DNA of 53,033 bases, counting the filler, from Sphacelaria rigidula (Eukaryota): NCBI GenBank assembly GCA_964200075.2. It is 4 parts of 4 records of this genome, joined end to end, with 100 filler letters (N's around TTAATTAATTAA, not from the genome) between each part and the next. Parts side by side here need not be neighbours in the genome. Positions count along the whole stretch, not along the records: positions 39,855 to 53,033 come from CAXNAA020003087.1; 3 more parts are not named here. The stretch is one strand, 5' to 3'. The position numbers and the translations under genes are program-made. This document shows positions 50,441 through 53,033 of this stretch, piece after piece. The notes below the pieces were generated by a model, which was not told where the DNA came from, searched no databases, and was given only the letters and a program-made list of their open reading frames with translations. Numbering within the stretch: the stretch's first letter is position 1; every line of letters starts with the position of its first letter.

Positions 50441-51919
50441 TCATATCTATCACCGCAATCTTGCCCAAAGGGGATGCGGGTGGAATAGGCTTTGTACTTA
50501 GTCGGAGTGAATGCGGGAAAACAGCGAACAGCACATCGACTTCGCCTCTTTTTTATTGGCATAACGAATATCGCGGAAGCATGTGAGGGGTCGTGGCTGT
50601 CGGCGTCGTGAGTATGCAGTATGGCTGTACAGCAGGCACTTTACCGTTTGCGCGGGCTGTACTGGATGTCCGTCAACTCCATAGTGCCGAATAGCGTTGC
50701 ATTGATCACTGATTGGACGTGTGTCTTGAGACACCTACGATTAGGTGCTATTCTAGAACAGTTGAGTGGTAGAGGTTGGTTGAGGGCGAATGCCCCAAAC
50801 GTATTCTCCACTAAAAACAGAACGCAAAACTGACCCGATAGGAACAACTTTGGTACGATAGTGCCCCCCGCGAGCAAGCGAACGCTGTGAACTAGCCGGC
50901 TTGTTTCTTGCGTGCTTGGCTGTGGCGATATTTTATAAAATGTTTCTCGGCCAACCAGGGCCCCCTCAAAATGCTCAAAAATTCAAAATTTGAACTCCTG
51001 ACGAAACTTCTACTTGATCTCGCCATGAATCAAATCTTCGAAGTAACTGTCATCACCTAGAGTCTAAGGCAAAAATATATCTGAAACGGTTTGCATGGAT
51101 CCCATTATACCCAAAATTATGTTATTTCGGTGGCGCGGGGTGTTGGCGTCATCGGAGTCTCACTGAAAGCAGCATCGAAGACCCAGAAAGCCACGTGAAG
51201 ATTTCTCTTGAACCTGTCGTACAAACCATTCGGTCATCCTCGAATATATTTATTAGATAGGGCCATATTCCATATCGAAAAAAAAAAATAGTTGAGGAGC
51301 TTTCAAAGTTTACCCGCTTTCTACCGGCTCCCGGGCGTCTCAGCGTGAAGCCCCGCAGAAGCCGGAACAGAATGCCTCCAAATTGCGCAATACAATTTTT
51401 ACTCGTCCCAAGGTAGTGCAAGGAACGTTTGTACCAAGTTTCATTGCATAACTAAAAACCTGACACCAGAAGATCGATGCAAGCTCGAATATATAAGAAA
51501 TCGTTCGTCGGTTTGACATTAAAAACTTGTTTTTAGAGGTTTCAGCAGATTATTTTACGCTTGACTCCACATAAGGGCGATTTCTCACGCAGGGTTTTGG
51601 AGTTTGATCCATAACTATTGCACACGTGTACCATCGGATATTGCAAAAATTGCATGAATGGGGGCTCTCATTTTCCTTTTATTTCGTCAGCCATCCGGGG
51701 TCTCACGATACGAGACGAGACGAGACGAGACGAGACCCCCCAAACCTCGGATATCTGGCGTAAGATATTGTAGAAGAAAAAACACTCGGACAGAAAGTTT
51801 CGTAATATCCCATGGAACGCGTGTGCAGACGTTTGTGGTCCAACGTGTACAAACTCCGCGTGAGACATCGAGAGCTAATACATTTTGGGTGTTTACCCTA
51901 AACCAGCCTTATTTTTTGA

Positions 51920-52067
51920 CGTCCCAGTCTACTTCGTCGTTCTGTTCGACTTTTTTTCTATTCCTTCTTTTCTTCAGCAAGTGTTTCAGTCTTGCTTTTT
52001 CTCGGGTACGCGATCACGGCTGGACTCCTGGGGGGTCACTTAAAGTGCGATAATCAATCGATCGATC
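51920..52067 (+). mobile_element. Second copy of the (CAAT)n-tailed element 3' end
   Basis: GTCTAC..TCGT..TGTTCGACTTTT...TGTTTCAGT.TTGCTTTT...GATCACGGCTGGAC...GTGCGATAATCAATCGATCGATC aligns with 43000-43160. Confidence 0.6.
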
Positions 52068-52070
52068 AAA

Positions 52071-52276
52071 ATCAAATCGACCGGTCTGTATTAATCCCAG
52101 AATACGTCCATGTCGGTGCTCTCCTGGGAAACCACGGCGGTAAATGTTTCAGGATACGTCCCGATGGGCGCTAATCAAATCGACCGGTCTGTAGTAATCC
52201 CAGAAAACGTCCATGTCGGTGCTCTCCTGGGAAACCACGACGGTAAATGTTTCAGGGCACGTCCCGATGGGCGCTA
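52071..52276. repeat. 103-bp tandem duplication
   Basis: ATCAAATCGACCGGTCTGTA...CCCGATGGGCGCTA at 52071-52173 and 52174-52276, with few substitutions. Confidence 0.95.
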
Positions 52277-53033
52277 TTCCACAATGGGTAGCCTAGACGT
52301 ATCCCAGGATACGCGAAAAACAGGGTTGTCCTATATTTTGACGACAAGTGTCCTGAACACCTCGGAAACGACGCTATCCCCGAACACCGTAATATACTCT
52401 GTCCCGGGACGCCTCCAAACTCATGCTGTCCAACAACGCTTTGGCACCACCTATTCTAGGACACCTCGAAAACGATGCTATCCCTAAACACGTCGAGAAG
52501 AGCTATCCCGGAACACCTCCAAAAGAGCGCTGCTCCACAGCACTTGCACACGATCGATCATAGGACACCTGGAAATCGATGTTGCCCACGTCACCTACAA
52601 ACCGGATGCGCCGGGATATCTCCAACATCAAGCCACGTTCCCACTGTTTTGAGGTGTCCTGGGAAACCCATCGGTTTGGGTATCCTAGGATAGTGGCGAA
52701 AATGCGCAATACTGTGCATAGGCTGTTTGTATTGGCCTCAGGTGTCCTAGGACAATTCTCAAACCGGGGGGTACTTCCGGCTGTGTCGATTTGGGCTTCT
52801 ATCCTTGCCTAAACGTTTCCTCCAGGAAGTTCCAAATACTCGAAATTGACTTTGTAAGCTCCTCGGGTTATCCGGGAACACGTGCACAATTCTCTCGAGA
52901 ACCCCCCCCCTCCCCGCCCGCTGGTGACGCACCCATGAGGCAGTGTATAAGCCGCGGCTATCTCTGGAAGTGGCGATACCAGAAAATGAAGCAACTCATT
53001 GTAGGCTGTTATCCAAATGCAAGATAATCAGTA

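Overview
Eukaryotic, intron-rich, repeat-rich DNA. A brown alga or related stramenopile is inferred from gene style and protein families, not proven. The window is not one locus. It consists of four ~13.18-kb contigs (1-13186, 13287-26470, 26571-39754, 39855-53033) joined by 100-nt N44-TTAATTAATTAA-N44 artificial linkers. Contig 1 carries a spliced 60S ribosomal protein L26 gene (-), a degenerate Mutator-like (SWIM-finger) transposase relic, and the first coding exon of eIF3e (+). Contig 2 carries repeats and the last three exons of a 3R-type MYB transcription factor (-), with a foldback element in one intron. Contig 3 carries a five-exon ankyrin-like ('CPW' repeat) gene (+). Contig 4 is almost entirely nested repeats plus one long imperfect hairpin. 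The most striking unexplained structure is that internal exons are bracketed by exon-specific, degenerate inverted repeats in the two flanking introns. This is very clear for ankyrin exon 4, clear for exons 2 and 3, and weaker for RPL26 and MYB exons. It suggests that exons are looped out on long intron-intron stems, possibly a structural exon-definition, skipping or back-splicing system. All alignments were done by eye.
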